Assembly: GCA_016179865.1 (NCBI GenBank)
Contig: JACPCJ010000102.1
Coordinates: 1,701 to 65,700 of the forward strand
Origin: Actinomycetota bacterium
GTDB taxonomy: Bacteria; Actinomycetota; Acidimicrobiia; IMCC26256; JACPCJ01
DNA length: 64,000 bases
Reading direction: 5' to 3'
Below, in pieces: positions 1 to 11,125 of this stretch; the stretch's first letter is position 1; the number at the start of each line of letters is the position of its first letter. The notes under the pieces are model-generated. The model worked only from the letters and a program-made list of their open reading frames with translations. It was not told the origin of the DNA and made no database searches. The position numbers were made by a program, and so were the translations under genes.

Positions 1-1963
1 CGACGAGCGTCTCTTCCCGGTCGACGTGCGTCCCCATTTGGGGACGGTCGCCAACCTCGGCCTCATCATCTTCATGTTCATCGTCGGTCTCGAACTCGAC
101 CTGGCGCTGATCCGCGGCAAGGAGCGCATGGCGGCGGTCATCTCGATGTCGTCGATCGTGTTGCCGTTCGGGCTCGGCGTCCTCCTCGCCACCGGCCTGC
201 ACGGGACCTACGACACGGTGACGGTGATGGAGGACGGCGAGGTGATGGAGAGGGCCGTCGAGCTGTTGCCGTTCGCGCTCTTCATCGGCGCCTCCATGTC
301 GATCACGGCCTTCCCCGTCCTCGCCCGCATCCTCACCGACCGCGGCATGTACCGAACCCAGATCGGCGCCCTGACCCTGGCGTCGGCAGCCGTCGACGAC
401 GTGCTGGCGTGGTCGCTCCTGGCCCTGGTGCTGGCGGTCGTGGCTTCGTCGGGGGCCTGGGACCTTCCCCGCATCCTCCTGGAGTCGGCGGCGTTCATCG
501 CCTTCATGTTCCTGGTGGGGCGCCCGCTACTCGCTCGCGTCGCCGCGTGGTACCGCCGGGAGGGGCGGCTCTCGCCCAACATGCTCGCCGTCATCGTGGC
601 GGGCTTCCTCCTGTCGGCCTTCGTCACCTCGGAGATCGGCATCCACGCCATCTTCGGGGCCTTTGTCTTCGGGGCGATCATGCCGAGGGAAGACACCCAT
701 GCCCTCTTCCAGGAGATCCTGGAACGGCTCGAAAACGTCTCCGTGCTCGTGCTCCTCCCCGTGTTCTTCGTCGCCACGGGTCTCAACGTCGACGTGTCGG
801 AACTGGGCGGGCGGGGCCTGGCGACGCTCGCCCTCATCCTCCTCGTGGCGTGCGCCGGGAAGCTGATCGGCGCCACGCTCGGCGCCCGCAGCCAGGGCAT
901 CCCGACCCGCAAGGCGCTGGCGGTCGGCACTCTCATGAACACCCGCGGGCTCACCGAGCTGGTGATCCTGAACGTGGGTCGAGAGGTCGGCGTACTCCAC
1001 GACGAGTTGTTCACGCTTCTCGTGGTCATGGCGGTGTTTACGACCGTGATCACCGAACCCTTGCTCCGCCTCGTCTATCCCGACCGGCTCCTCGAGCAGG
1101 ACATCGCCGACGCCCAGCGGGCCGCCCTCGGGCTTCCCGAGGCCTACCGGGTCATGGTCGTGGTCGACGAACCCGAAACCACCCGCGCCCTCGTCGACCT
1201 GGCGGTCGACGTCATCGGCGACGAGCGCCCGTCCGAACTGGTGCTCACGCGATACGCCACGGCGCCGGCGGCCGTCGAACTCGGCGCGGGCCTCCAGGGC
1301 CAGCTCGCCGACGTCGCCGAAGCCATGGAGACGCTCCAGGGACACGCCGCCTACGCCGAGAGCCGGGGAGTCCGGGCGACGGTCTTCTCCCAATTCTCCG
1401 ATGACGTCGCGCGCGACCTCGTGGCCCAGGTTCGCTCCCTCGACGCCGACGTGCTCCTGCTTGCCGAACCCACCGCCGAGGACGGGCGCGACGTCGTCGA
1501 GGGGGCCCTGCGCGACGCCGCCGCCGACGTCGTGGTTGTGCGCGAGGCCAGCGCGGCGTCGGGGCCGCCGCTGGTGCTGTCGGGGCTGGGGCCGGGTGAC
1601 GCCGCCGCCGTCGAAGCCGCCGCCCGGCTGGCCCGGGCGCGGGCCTGGAACATCGTGCTCGTCGAGGGCGAAGGTGGGCGCCGAGCCACGCAACGCGCGG
1701 CAGCGGTCGAGGCCCTCTTCACGAGCGTGGGGCTGACGTGTACCGTCAGCCCGCCCAGCCCGGCTTCGGACTTGGAGAGCGGTGGCCTCCGCATCGTGGC
1801 GGTCGCCGACGGCGCGGCAGGTGGTCCCGCCGAAACCGGCGCCACCACCTTGCTCGTGCGGGCTCGCCCGGGCTTCGATCGCAAGGAAATCGAGGAAGTG
1901 GTTGCGAGCTGGGAACGGGCCCCCGCAGGGGCGTCGAGCCCGGCCGAGGAGGGGGAACCATGA
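1..1963 (+). CDS. Cation:proton antiporter (CPA2/Kef-type), 5' end outside the window; soluble C-terminal half looks USP-like
   Basis: The reading frame is open to the window edge (...DERLFPVDV precedes the GTG at 26). Multi-TM sequence with LIIFMFIVGLELDL, typical of the Na+/H+ exchanger family. The last ~270 aa are soluble. Confidence 0.8.
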   Translation, partial: DERLFPVDVRPHLGTVANLGLIIFMFIVGLELDLALIRGKERMAAVISMSSIVLPFGLGVLLATGLHGTYDTVTVMEDGEVMERAVELLPFALFIGASMSITAFPVLARILTDRGMYRTQIGALTLASAAVDDVLAWSLLALVLAVVASSGAWDLPRILLESAAFIAFMFLVGRPLLARVAAWYRREGRLSPNMLAVIVAGFLLSAFVTSEIGIHAIFGAFVFGAIMPREDTHALFQEILERLENVSVLVLLPVFFVATGLNVDVSELGGRGLATLALILLVACAGKLIGATLGARSQGIPTRKALAVGTLMNTRGLTELVILNVGREVGVLHDELFTLLVVMAVFTTVITEPLLRLVYPDRLLEQDIADAQRAALGLPEAYRVMVVVDEPETTRALVDLAVDVIGDERPSELVLTRYATAPAAVELGAGLQGQLADVAEAMETLQGHAAYAESRGVRATVFSQFSDDVARDLVAQVRSLDADVLLLAEPTAEDGRDVVEGALRDAAADVVVVREASAASGPPLVLSGLGPGDAAAVEAAARLARARAWNIVLVEGEGGRRATQRAAAVEALFTSVGLTCTVSPPSPASDLESGGLRIVAVADGAAGGPAETGATTLLVRARPGFDRKEIEEVVASWERAPAGASSPAEEGEP

Positions 1964-3369
1964 CCGTCGGCTTGAAGCCTGATCTCGTGCTGGCCTTCGT
2001 GCTGCTCGACCTGGCCATCATCTTCATCGCCGCCCGCCTCGTCGGGGCGCTCGCCCTGAGAGTCGGCCAGCCCCGAGTGGTGGGCGAGATCGTGGCCGGG
2101 GTGCTCCTCGGACCCACGCTCCTCGGTGCCACGGCCTTCGTGTGGGGGCAACCCTGGAAGGCACTCCACTGCGCCGACTCGCTGAGCTTCATCCCCGAGG
2201 CCACCCGCCCACTCCCCAACATCTCGTCGTGCGTCTTCCCGCAGCAGGCTCGCGGGGTCCTCGGCATCATCGGTCAGATCGCGCTGATGTTCTTCATGTT
2301 CCTGGTCGGCCTGGAGCTCGACTACTCGCTCCTCAAGGGCAAGCTGCGGGGGATCCTCACGGTGGCAATCGGCGTGATCACCATCCCCATCGCCCTGGGG
2401 TTCGCCATCGGCCCCGCGCTCTACAACAAGACCTTCGTCGCCAACTTCGCCAACCCCGCCCTCAAGCCGTCGCAAACGGCGTTCACGCTGTTCGTGGCCG
2501 CCATGCTCTCGGTCACCGCCTTCCCGGTCATGGCGCGGATCCTCCAGGAGAAGAACCTGACCCGGAGCGCCATGGGCGCCATCGGCGTCGCCGCCGCCGC
2601 CGTCGTCACGGTGCTGATGTTCCTCACGTTGGCCGTCGCCGACGGTGTGAACCGGGGCCTCTCCACCAGCGACCACGTCGTCAAGTTCGTCGGCGTGACC
2701 GTCTTCATCACGGCACTCTTCGTCGTGGTGCGTCCCCTCCTCGCCCCCTTGGGGCGCCGGTTCGAGGAGACCGGTGAGATGACGTCGACGATGTTCGCCA
2801 CCATCGTCATCCTCATGACGGTGTCCGCCTACGTGGCCGACCGCCTCGGGGTGAACGTCATCGTGGGGGGCTTCCTCGCCGGAGCGATCCTCCCGGCGCG
2901 GGCGCAGCTCTTCAAGGTGCTCTCGGCCCACATGTCGGAGCTGACGGGCACGATCCTGTTGCCCGTCTTCCTCGCCTTCTCCGGGCTCAACACAGACTTC
3001 ACGAAGCTCGGGGTCGGCGCCATGGGCGGGCTGACACTGTTCGTCGCCGCCGGCATCGTCGGGAAGTGGCTGGGCGGTGCGGTGGCGGCGCGGGCAGGAG
3101 GCCTGAGCTGGGCCGAGGGGAATGCCGTCGGCATCCTCATGAACTGCCGGGGACTGCTCGTGCTGGTGGTGGCGCTCATCGCCTTCCAAGGAGGCGCCAT
3201 CTCACCCGTCATGCAGGTCGGCGGGGTGCTCATGGCGCTCATCACGACGGCCATGACCGGGCCCCTGTTCGACGTGGCCCTGAAGCGGCTCCCGGCAGCC
3301 GACGACGTACCCTTGCCCGCTGAGGGCCCGACCGTCGCCGAAGCCATGGAGGCGGGCCCGGTCGGGTGA
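1960..3369 (+). CDS. Second cation:proton antiporter (CPA2 family)
   Basis: The ATG at 1960 overlaps the upstream stop (ATGA). N-terminus MTVGLKPDLVLAFVLLDLAIIF, motif FMFLVGLELDYS, about 12 hydrophobic segments. Paralogue of the preceding gene. Confidence 0.8.
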   Translation: MTVGLKPDLVLAFVLLDLAIIFIAARLVGALALRVGQPRVVGEIVAGVLLGPTLLGATAFVWGQPWKALHCADSLSFIPEATRPLPNISSCVFPQQARGVLGIIGQIALMFFMFLVGLELDYSLLKGKLRGILTVAIGVITIPIALGFAIGPALYNKTFVANFANPALKPSQTAFTLFVAAMLSVTAFPVMARILQEKNLTRSAMGAIGVAAAAVVTVLMFLTLAVADGVNRGLSTSDHVVKFVGVTVFITALFVVVRPLLAPLGRRFEETGEMTSTMFATIVILMTVSAYVADRLGVNVIVGGFLAGAILPARAQLFKVLSAHMSELTGTILLPVFLAFSGLNTDFTKLGVGAMGGLTLFVAAGIVGKWLGGAVAARAGGLSWAEGNAVGILMNCRGLLVLVVALIAFQGGAISPVMQVGGVLMALITTAMTGPLFDVALKRLPAADDVPLPAEGPTVAEAMEAGPVG

Positions 3370-3370
3370 C

Positions 3371-4174
3371 TTGATGGAGCAGATCGCCGACTACCAGATC
3401 GTTGAGTCGCTCGGGAAGGGCAACAACGGCGAGTTCTTCCTCGCCATCCCCCCGGCGCGTCTCCCGGTCGACGCCGACCGGGTCGCCCTCAAGGTGATCG
3501 CCGCCAACACCACCGACGACGCCTTCCGCCGGGCGACCCGAGAGCTGCGGGCCTTCGCCGCCGTGACGTCGCCCTACCTCGTCACGCTCTACGACGCCGG
3601 GCAGCAGAGCGGGATCTTCTACTACTCGATGGAGTACTTCGCCCTCGGCTCTCTCGCCTCGCCAGCCCGGCCCCTCACTCGCGACGAGACGCTCCGCGCC
3701 GTGGCCCACGCCGCCCACGCCGCCCACACGCTCCACGAAGCGGGCATCGCCCACCGTGGGATCAAGCCCGCCAACATCCTCGTGCACGAAGACGGAGCGA
3801 AGCTCTCCGACCTCGGCCTGGCTCAGGTGCTGGCCCCCGGCCTCACGGTGACCGGGATCGGCGGGACGGGCGCCGTCGAGTACATCGATCCCGTCATCAT
3901 CCGAGGCGGACGGGCGTCGCGCGCCAGCGACATCTGGTCGTTGGGGGTGACCCTGCACCGGGTGATCGCCGGCACCGGGGTGTACGGGGAGCTCCCCGAC
4001 GACGACCCCCTGCTCGCGGTGCGCAAGCTCCTGACCGCCGAGCCCGAGATCGACCCCGGCCTCGACGCTCAGGTTGCCCAGGTGGTGGAGCCGTGCCTGC
4101 GGATGGAGCCGTCGGAGCGACCCGGCACCGCCGAGGACGTCGCCGCCCAGATCGAAGCCCTCCTGGGTGTGTGA
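3371..4174 (+). CDS. Soluble Ser/Thr protein kinase-like protein, predicted pseudokinase (HRG instead of HRD)
   Basis: Has the GKGNNG glycine loop, VALK lysine, DLG and SDIWSLG motifs. The catalytic loop reads HRGIKPANI (ggg at 3758-3760). Starts 1 nt after the antiporter stop (TTG 3371 or ATG 3374). Confidence 0.7.
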   Translation: MMEQIADYQIVESLGKGNNGEFFLAIPPARLPVDADRVALKVIAANTTDDAFRRATRELRAFAAVTSPYLVTLYDAGQQSGIFYYSMEYFALGSLASPARPLTRDETLRAVAHAAHAAHTLHEAGIAHRGIKPANILVHEDGAKLSDLGLAQVLAPGLTVTGIGGTGAVEYIDPVIIRGGRASRASDIWSLGVTLHRVIAGTGVYGELPDDDPLLAVRKLLTAEPEIDPGLDAQVAQVVEPCLRMEPSERPGTAEDVAAQIEALLGV

Positions 4175-4213
4175 GTGCTGGGTTGCGGAATCCGCAACCC
4201 AGCACTCACACAC
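4167..4213. terminator. Perfect 23+23 nt palindrome between convergent kinase-like gene and dnaJ (putative bidirectional terminator)
   Basis: gtgtgtgagtgctgggttgcgga-a-tccgcaacccagcactcacacac. The kinase-like gene's TGA (4172-4174) lies in the left arm. Confidence 0.6.
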
Positions 4214-4230
4214 GCACTGGAGCCAACTGC

Positions 4231-5379
4231 TCAGCCGCCGAGGTGCTTGCGGGGGTCGTCGCCGTTCAATGAACCGAGCCGCTTGAGGAGTTCCCGCTCC
4301 TCCTTCGACACCTTCTTGGGCACCACGACGTCGATGGTGGCCATGAGGTCGCCCCGCCCCCCAGTGGGTGTGTGGCCGCCCTTCCCCTTGACCCGGAGGG
4401 TGCGCCCCGGCGGTGTGCCGGCCGGGATCCGGACGGTGACGGGCCCCTCCGGAGTGGGAACGGTCACGTCGGCACCGAGGACGGCCTCGGTGTAGCGCAC
4501 CGGGACGGTGAGGCCGAGGTCGTAGCGCCCTCGCCGTTCGAAGATCCGGTGCGGTTGAACTTGGACCCGCACCCACAGGTCGCCCCGCGGCCCCCCGCCT
4601 GGTGCGTAGCCGCCCCGCCCGCGCACCCGGATGCGCTCGCCGTCGACCACACCCGGCGGGATGCGCACCTTCACCTCCTGGCGGGCTCGCTCCATGCCCT
4701 GGCCCCGGCAGCGGCGGCAGGGCTTCTCGACGATGCGCCCCGCGCCCCGGCAGTTGGGGCACGGCTGCGAAAACGAAAACGGGCCCTGATCAACGGCGAC
4801 CATCCCGGATCCGCCGCACTGGGGGCAAGAGACCGGAACGGTGCCGGGTTCGGCTCCCGAGCCCCCGCACACCGAGCACGGGCGGTCGGCCTCGAAGGCG
4901 ACGGTCGTTGTGGTGCCGGTGAGCGCGTCTTCGAAACTCAGCCGCAACGGCGTCTCGAAGTCGGCTCCCCGGGGAGGCGCCGCCCGGCCTCGGCCGAACC
5001 CACCGGCGCCCCGGCCGCCGGCGCCACCGAAGAAGCCGCCGAGGAGGTCGTCGAAGTCGCCCAGGTTCTCGAACCGGACGCCACCACCGCCAAAGCCGGG
5101 GCCTCCGAATCCCGGGCCGCCAGAGCCGCGGAATCCCGAGGCAGCCATGCGACGCACCTCGTCGTATTCCTTGCGCTTCGAGGCGTCGCCGAGCACGTCG
5201 TACGCAGCCGACACCTCCTTGAACTTCTCCTCCGCCTCCTTGTTGCCCGCGTTGGCGTCGGGGTGGTACTGGCGAGCGAGGCGACGGTATGCCTTGGTGA
5301 CGTCCTTCGGAGGAGCGTCGGGAGAAACGCCGAGGACGCCGTAATAGTCCTTCTCGAACCACTCCCTCTGGGGAGGCAC
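4231..5379 (-). CDS. dnaJ: Chaperone DnaJ
   Basis: J domain (DYYGVLGV...HPD), G/F-rich region, four CxxCxGxG zinc-finger repeats. GTG start with GGAGG upstream. Confidence 0.95.
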   Translation of the reverse strand: MPPQREWFEKDYYGVLGVSPDAPPKDVTKAYRRLARQYHPDANAGNKEAEEKFKEVSAAYDVLGDASKRKEYDEVRRMAASGFRGSGGPGFGGPGFGGGGVRFENLGDFDDLLGGFFGGAGGRGAGGFGRGRAAPPRGADFETPLRLSFEDALTGTTTTVAFEADRPCSVCGGSGAEPGTVPVSCPQCGGSGMVAVDQGPFSFSQPCPNCRGAGRIVEKPCRRCRGQGMERARQEVKVRIPPGVVDGERIRVRGRGGYAPGGGPRGDLWVRVQVQPHRIFERRGRYDLGLTVPVRYTEAVLGADVTVPTPEGPVTVRIPAGTPPGRTLRVKGKGGHTPTGGRGDLMATIDVVVPKKVSKEERELLKRLGSLNGDDPRKHLGG

Positions 5380-5398
5380 GCGGCCGACCTCCTCCCGG

Positions 5399-5934
5399 TC
5401 AGCCCGCGGCGGAGCCGACGCGCACCATCGCCGGGCGGAGGACCCGGCCCTTGAACCGGTAGCCGGTGCGCAGCACTTCGGTCACCAGGGGCCCGTCGCC
5501 ACCGGCCTCGCCCTCGTCGCGGAGAACGGCCTCGTGCTCCTCGGGGTTGAAGGGCTTGCCGCGGGCCTCGATGCGCTCCAGCCCCGCCTTCTCGACCACT
5601 CCCACCAACTCGGCGAAGACGAGCTCGACGCCGCGGCGGAGCTTCGAGGCCGTGTCATCGAGTTCGCCCTCGGGGATGTTGAGGACGGCCAGCTCGAAGC
5701 TGTCGAGCACGGTCAAGAGCTGCTCGACGAGCGTCTCGTGCGCCCGCTCGGCGTGGGCGGCCTGGTCGCGCATGACCCGCTTGCGGAAGTTCTCGAAGTC
5801 GGCCTGGACCCGCTGGAGGGTGTCGCGCAGCTCGTCGCGCTCGCGCTCGGCGAGCACCAGCGGGTCTTCCGGTTCGACGGGTTCCGGAGTCCCTTCGGAC
5901 TCGACCTCCTCCGTCCGGGCCTCGTCCTCCTCAG

Positions 5935-5938
<4 letters not shown>
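5399..5938 (-). CDS. grpE: Nucleotide exchange factor GrpE
   Basis: Lies between dnaK and dnaJ with a GTGA overlap onto the dnaK stop. Acidic N-terminus, coiled region and GrpE-like C-terminus ([12 protein letters not shown]). Confidence 0.9.
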
Positions 5939-7824
<1,886 letters not shown>

Positions 7825-8117
7825 GCGAATTTCCTCCCGTACCGGATGAACGAATCGAAACCTGCCCCGCAGCGTTCACGAGCGAAGCGCAGGCCACTGT
7901 GTTCAAGGTACCGCCGCGGTGGCGTATTCCCCACCCCGCTCCGCCTCCAGAGAATCGACATTCCTCCCGCCGCGCAGGCCGACGCACGGAACAAAATGGG
8001 CAGAGCGTCGAGGGTGGGCTTCATCCCGGCGCGTGGTGACCCGATGCTGCGCCGTAGACCGAACGGGCTAGTCCAATGGGGCCAGCCCAGACGGATCACC
8101 ACAGGGGAGATCGCACC

Positions 8118-8663
8118 ATGCGTCGGACCAGCACCACCCTCATCCTCGCCCTCTGCCTCGCCAGCCTCGCCGGGCTCGGGCACCCGCAGCCCGCCGGGGC
8201 AGCCTCGGGCCCGTACCGTGCCCCCGAGGGCTCGGTCGTCATGGTCGTCGAGTTGGCCACCGGGACGATGAACGCGCCGGACCGCTGGGACCCGACCCCG
8301 CGTTGGTCGATCGACGGACTCGGCACCTGTACGGAGAGCGATGGCGACTCGTTCCCGTGCCAGTTCGCCTCCGAGGGCACCTACACGGGTGACTGCTCCC
8401 GTTGGACCGCTTCGGGCCCGCTGAATTGGGTCGACGGCACCTCGGGCTTCAGGTTCGTGCCGAGCGGCGCCGAGCTCCTCCTTCCGGCCGCGACGAGTGT
8501 CGCCGCTCCGCTGGAGCTCCGGCGGGGCGACTCGCCAGCCGGGCGTGGGTTCTTGGTTCGGGTCAGCGAGACGGGCGGCCCTCACGTCACCGACTCCGTG
8601 GGCTGCACCGTCGACGGCTTCAAGTTCATGTCCTTCCGGGGCGCCTTCACCCTCGACGTCTGA
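8118..8663 (+). CDS. Hypothetical secreted protein (signal peptide, 6 Cys)
   Basis: ATG at 8118 preceded by GGGGAGA. MRRTSTTLILALCLASLAGLG...AGAA signal-like N-terminus. No recognisable domain. Confidence 0.6.
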   Translation: MRRTSTTLILALCLASLAGLGHPQPAGAASGPYRAPEGSVVMVVELATGTMNAPDRWDPTPRWSIDGLGTCTESDGDSFPCQFASEGTYTGDCSRWTASGPLNWVDGTSGFRFVPSGAELLLPAATSVAAPLELRRGDSPAGRGFLVRVSETGGPHVTDSVGCTVDGFKFMSFRGAFTLDV

Positions 8664-8736
8664 CGTCGTCTGCCGGTTCTTGGGTCACAGAATCGCGGCC
8701 GGGCCGCAACAAAGAACCCAAGAACGAGTGGGTCAC

Positions 8737-9153
8737 TCAGAGGGCGTCGAGGCCGGCCTCGCCGGTGCGGATGCGGGTGACCGACTCGACCGGGGTCACC
8801 CACACCTTCCCGTCGCCGATGCGGCCGGTGCGGACGAACGCCACGAGGGCGTCGACGACCCGGTCGGCGTCGGCCGCGCTCACCAACAGTTCGACCTGGA
8901 GCTTGGGCACAAAGTCAATCTGATACTCGGCGCCCATCCAGGTCGCCGAATGGCCCCGCTGGCGGCCATAGCCACCCGCGTCGCTGACCGTCATCCCCGT
9001 TGCGCCACCGGCGGCGGCAGCGGCCTGGAGCTGTTCAAGGCGGGAGGGCGGGATGACGGCGGTCACCAGGCGAACGCCCGTCCAACCACCACCTCCCCCC
9101 GCTCCGGGATCGATTTCGGTTTCCCGGGGCGGGGGGAGGAGGGTGGTGCTCAC
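8737..9153 (-). CDS. PII-family signal protein paralogue with atypical T-loop (Y51-equivalent is Trp) and a 26-aa N-terminal extension
   Basis: GYGRQRGHSATWMGAEYQIDFVPK, TGRIGDGKVWV and RIRTGEAGLDAL align with the adjacent GlnK. GTG start 25 nt after the glnK stop. Confidence 0.8.
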   Translation of the reverse strand: MSTTLLPPPRETEIDPGAGGGGGWTGVRLVTAVIPPSRLEQLQAAAAAGGATGMTVSDAGGYGRQRGHSATWMGAEYQIDFVPKLQVELLVSAADADRVVDALVAFVRTGRIGDGKVWVTPVESVTRIRTGEAGLDAL

Positions 9154-9178
9154 ACCAGCGGTTGGTTGAGAGGCCGGG

Positions 9179-9532
<354 letters not shown>

Positions 9533-9543
9533 TCAGGCAGTGG

Positions 9544-11055
9544 TCAGGCGGTCGGTGAGGACACCGGTGCCCCGGTACCCGCCGAGACGTAGCCCGTGTG
9601 GGCCTGGGTGAACTCGGGGTAGGCGAGCACGCCCATTTCCGGCAGGTCGAGCCCGGCGATCTCGTGCTCCTCCTCCGAGCGGATCCCGCCCTTGGTGAGG
9701 GCGTTCTGGATCTTGAAGAAGGCGTACGAGAGCAGGCCGAAGCCGACGACGATTACTGCCGCTCCGATGGCCTGCGCCGCAAGCTGGTCGAGGTTCTCGA
9801 AGCCCTTGATGATGCCGGCAACGCCGCCATCGCCATTGGTCGTCGTGAGGTTCCAGCCCGCGCCGTATTTCCCGTTGGCGAAGATGCCAACGGCGAGCAC
9901 GCCGAACACGCCACACACGCCGTGGACCGAAATCGCTCCGACCGGGTCGTCGACCTTCATCTTGCGCTCGATGAAGAACACCGACTCGACCACCAACAAC
10001 CCGGCGACCGAACCGATCACCATCGCGGCCCAGGGATCAACAAACGCGCACGGCGCAGTGATCGCCACGAGGCCGGCCAGCATTCCGTTGGCCATCATGG
10101 CCGGGTCGGGCTTCCCTCCTCGACGCCAGATCCAGAACATGCCGATCGTCGCCCCAAAGGCGGCGGCGATGGCCGTGTTCGCCGCAACGCTCGCGAACTG
10201 CACGTCCGTTGCCGCGAACGTGGAGGCGGCGTTGAAGCCGAACCAGCCGAACAGCAGGATGAAGGTCCCAAGCATGGCCATCGGGATGTGGTGGCCGGGA
10301 AGGGCCCGGGGCTTGCCGTCGCTGCCGAACTTGCCGATGCGGGGGCCGAGCACGATGGCGCCGGTCAGCGCCGCGATCCCGCCCATGGCGTGCACCACGC
10401 CCGAGCCGGCAAAGTCGACGTAGCCGAAGCCGAGGTCCAGGCTGTTGCCGAGCTGGCTCAGCCACCCCCCGCCCCACGTCCACGCGCCAAACAGCGGGTA
10501 GTAGATGGCTCCGCAGAACAGGCCCCACCCGACGAACGACTTCCACTTCCACCGCTCGGCCATGGCGCCGGTGGGAATGGTGGCCGTGGTGTCCATGAAG
10601 GCGACCATGTAGAGAAAGAAGCCCATCACCGCAGGCACGCTTGCCTTCCCAGTCAGGGCGAAGCCGCTCTTCCACAGGAAGACCCAATGCCCTGAACCGA
10701 TGAGGCCGTCAGCGTTCAACGGTGTGTCGTAGCCAAAGGCTCCGTACGAAAAGCCACCGAACATGAACGCGTAGCCCACCAGGAAGAACGCCACGAACCC
10801 GAGGCCGAAGACGGCGAAGTTCGTGCTCACCACGTGGGCGGCGTGCTTGGCCCGGCAGAAGCCGGTCTCCACCAGGGCGAAGCCGGCCTGCATGAAGATC
10901 ACCAGCACGGCCCCGATCACAACCCACAGCAGGTTGAGATCGATCCCCAGCTGGATGACCTGTTCTTCGGCGGTTTGGGCCCCTGCCGGGGAGGCCCAGA
11001 GGAGGAGGAGGGCTGCCACCAGCCCCATCCCCCCGAGCACCCGCGTTCGTTTCAT
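9544..11055 (-). CDS. amtB: Ammonium transporter (Amt family) with signal peptide
   Basis: 503 aa with 11-12 TM segments. Motifs such as DFAGSGVVH and FGWFGFNA. Followed by glnK. Confidence 0.95.
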   Translation of the reverse strand: MKRTRVLGGMGLVAALLLLWASPAGAQTAEEQVIQLGIDLNLLWVVIGAVLVIFMQAGFALVETGFCRAKHAAHVVSTNFAVFGLGFVAFFLVGYAFMFGGFSYGAFGYDTPLNADGLIGSGHWVFLWKSGFALTGKASVPAVMGFFLYMVAFMDTTATIPTGAMAERWKWKSFVGWGLFCGAIYYPLFGAWTWGGGWLSQLGNSLDLGFGYVDFAGSGVVHAMGGIAALTGAIVLGPRIGKFGSDGKPRALPGHHIPMAMLGTFILLFGWFGFNAASTFAATDVQFASVAANTAIAAAFGATIGMFWIWRRGGKPDPAMMANGMLAGLVAITAPCAFVDPWAAMVIGSVAGLLVVESVFFIERKMKVDDPVGAISVHGVCGVFGVLAVGIFANGKYGAGWNLTTTNGDGGVAGIIKGFENLDQLAAQAIGAAVIVVGFGLLSYAFFKIQNALTKGGIRSEEEHEIAGLDLPEMGVLAYPEFTQAHTGYVSAGTGAPVSSPTA

Positions 11056-11058
11056 GGA

Positions 11059-11098
11059 ACTGCTCCCTTTGCTTGTTGATACGGAGTTCGGGAGCAGT
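11059..11098 (-). promoter_or_regulatory. 9-bp stem hairpin whose 3' arm contains the amtB Shine-Dalgarno; may also be the nhaA terminator
   Basis: On the minus-strand RNA: ACUGCUCCC-22 nt-GGGAGCAGU-UCC-AUG(amtB). Confidence 0.4.
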
Positions 11099-11125
11099 CT
11101 CAGGCGCCGAGATTGCCCGCCCGCG

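Noticed and set aside
1351-3189. 612-aa minus-strand ORF, together with similar long ORFs at 208-1053, 527-1693, 3242-4762, 15894-18017, 29612-31438, 44451-46649, 54928-57435 and 59717-61516.
   Set aside because: Each is antisense or out of frame to a gene with clear family motifs. Their translations are Arg/Gly/Pro/Asp-rich and low in complexity, as expected for shadow ORFs in ~70% GC DNA.
7825-8117. Search for heat-shock operators upstream of dnaK (HspR HAIR CTTGAGT-N7-ACTCAAG, HrcA CIRCE TTAGCACTC-N9-GAGTGCTAA).
   Set aside because: I could not find either consensus by eye on either strand. Also, no hspR follows dnaJ, so I make no regulatory call.
8676-8725. Composite hairpin (gttcttgggt ... 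acccaagaac with an inner gcggc-cgg-gccgc) between the secreted-protein gene and the PII paralogue.
   Set aside because: The stem is short with a long loop. It is plausibly a weak terminator, but not distinctive enough to call as a feature.
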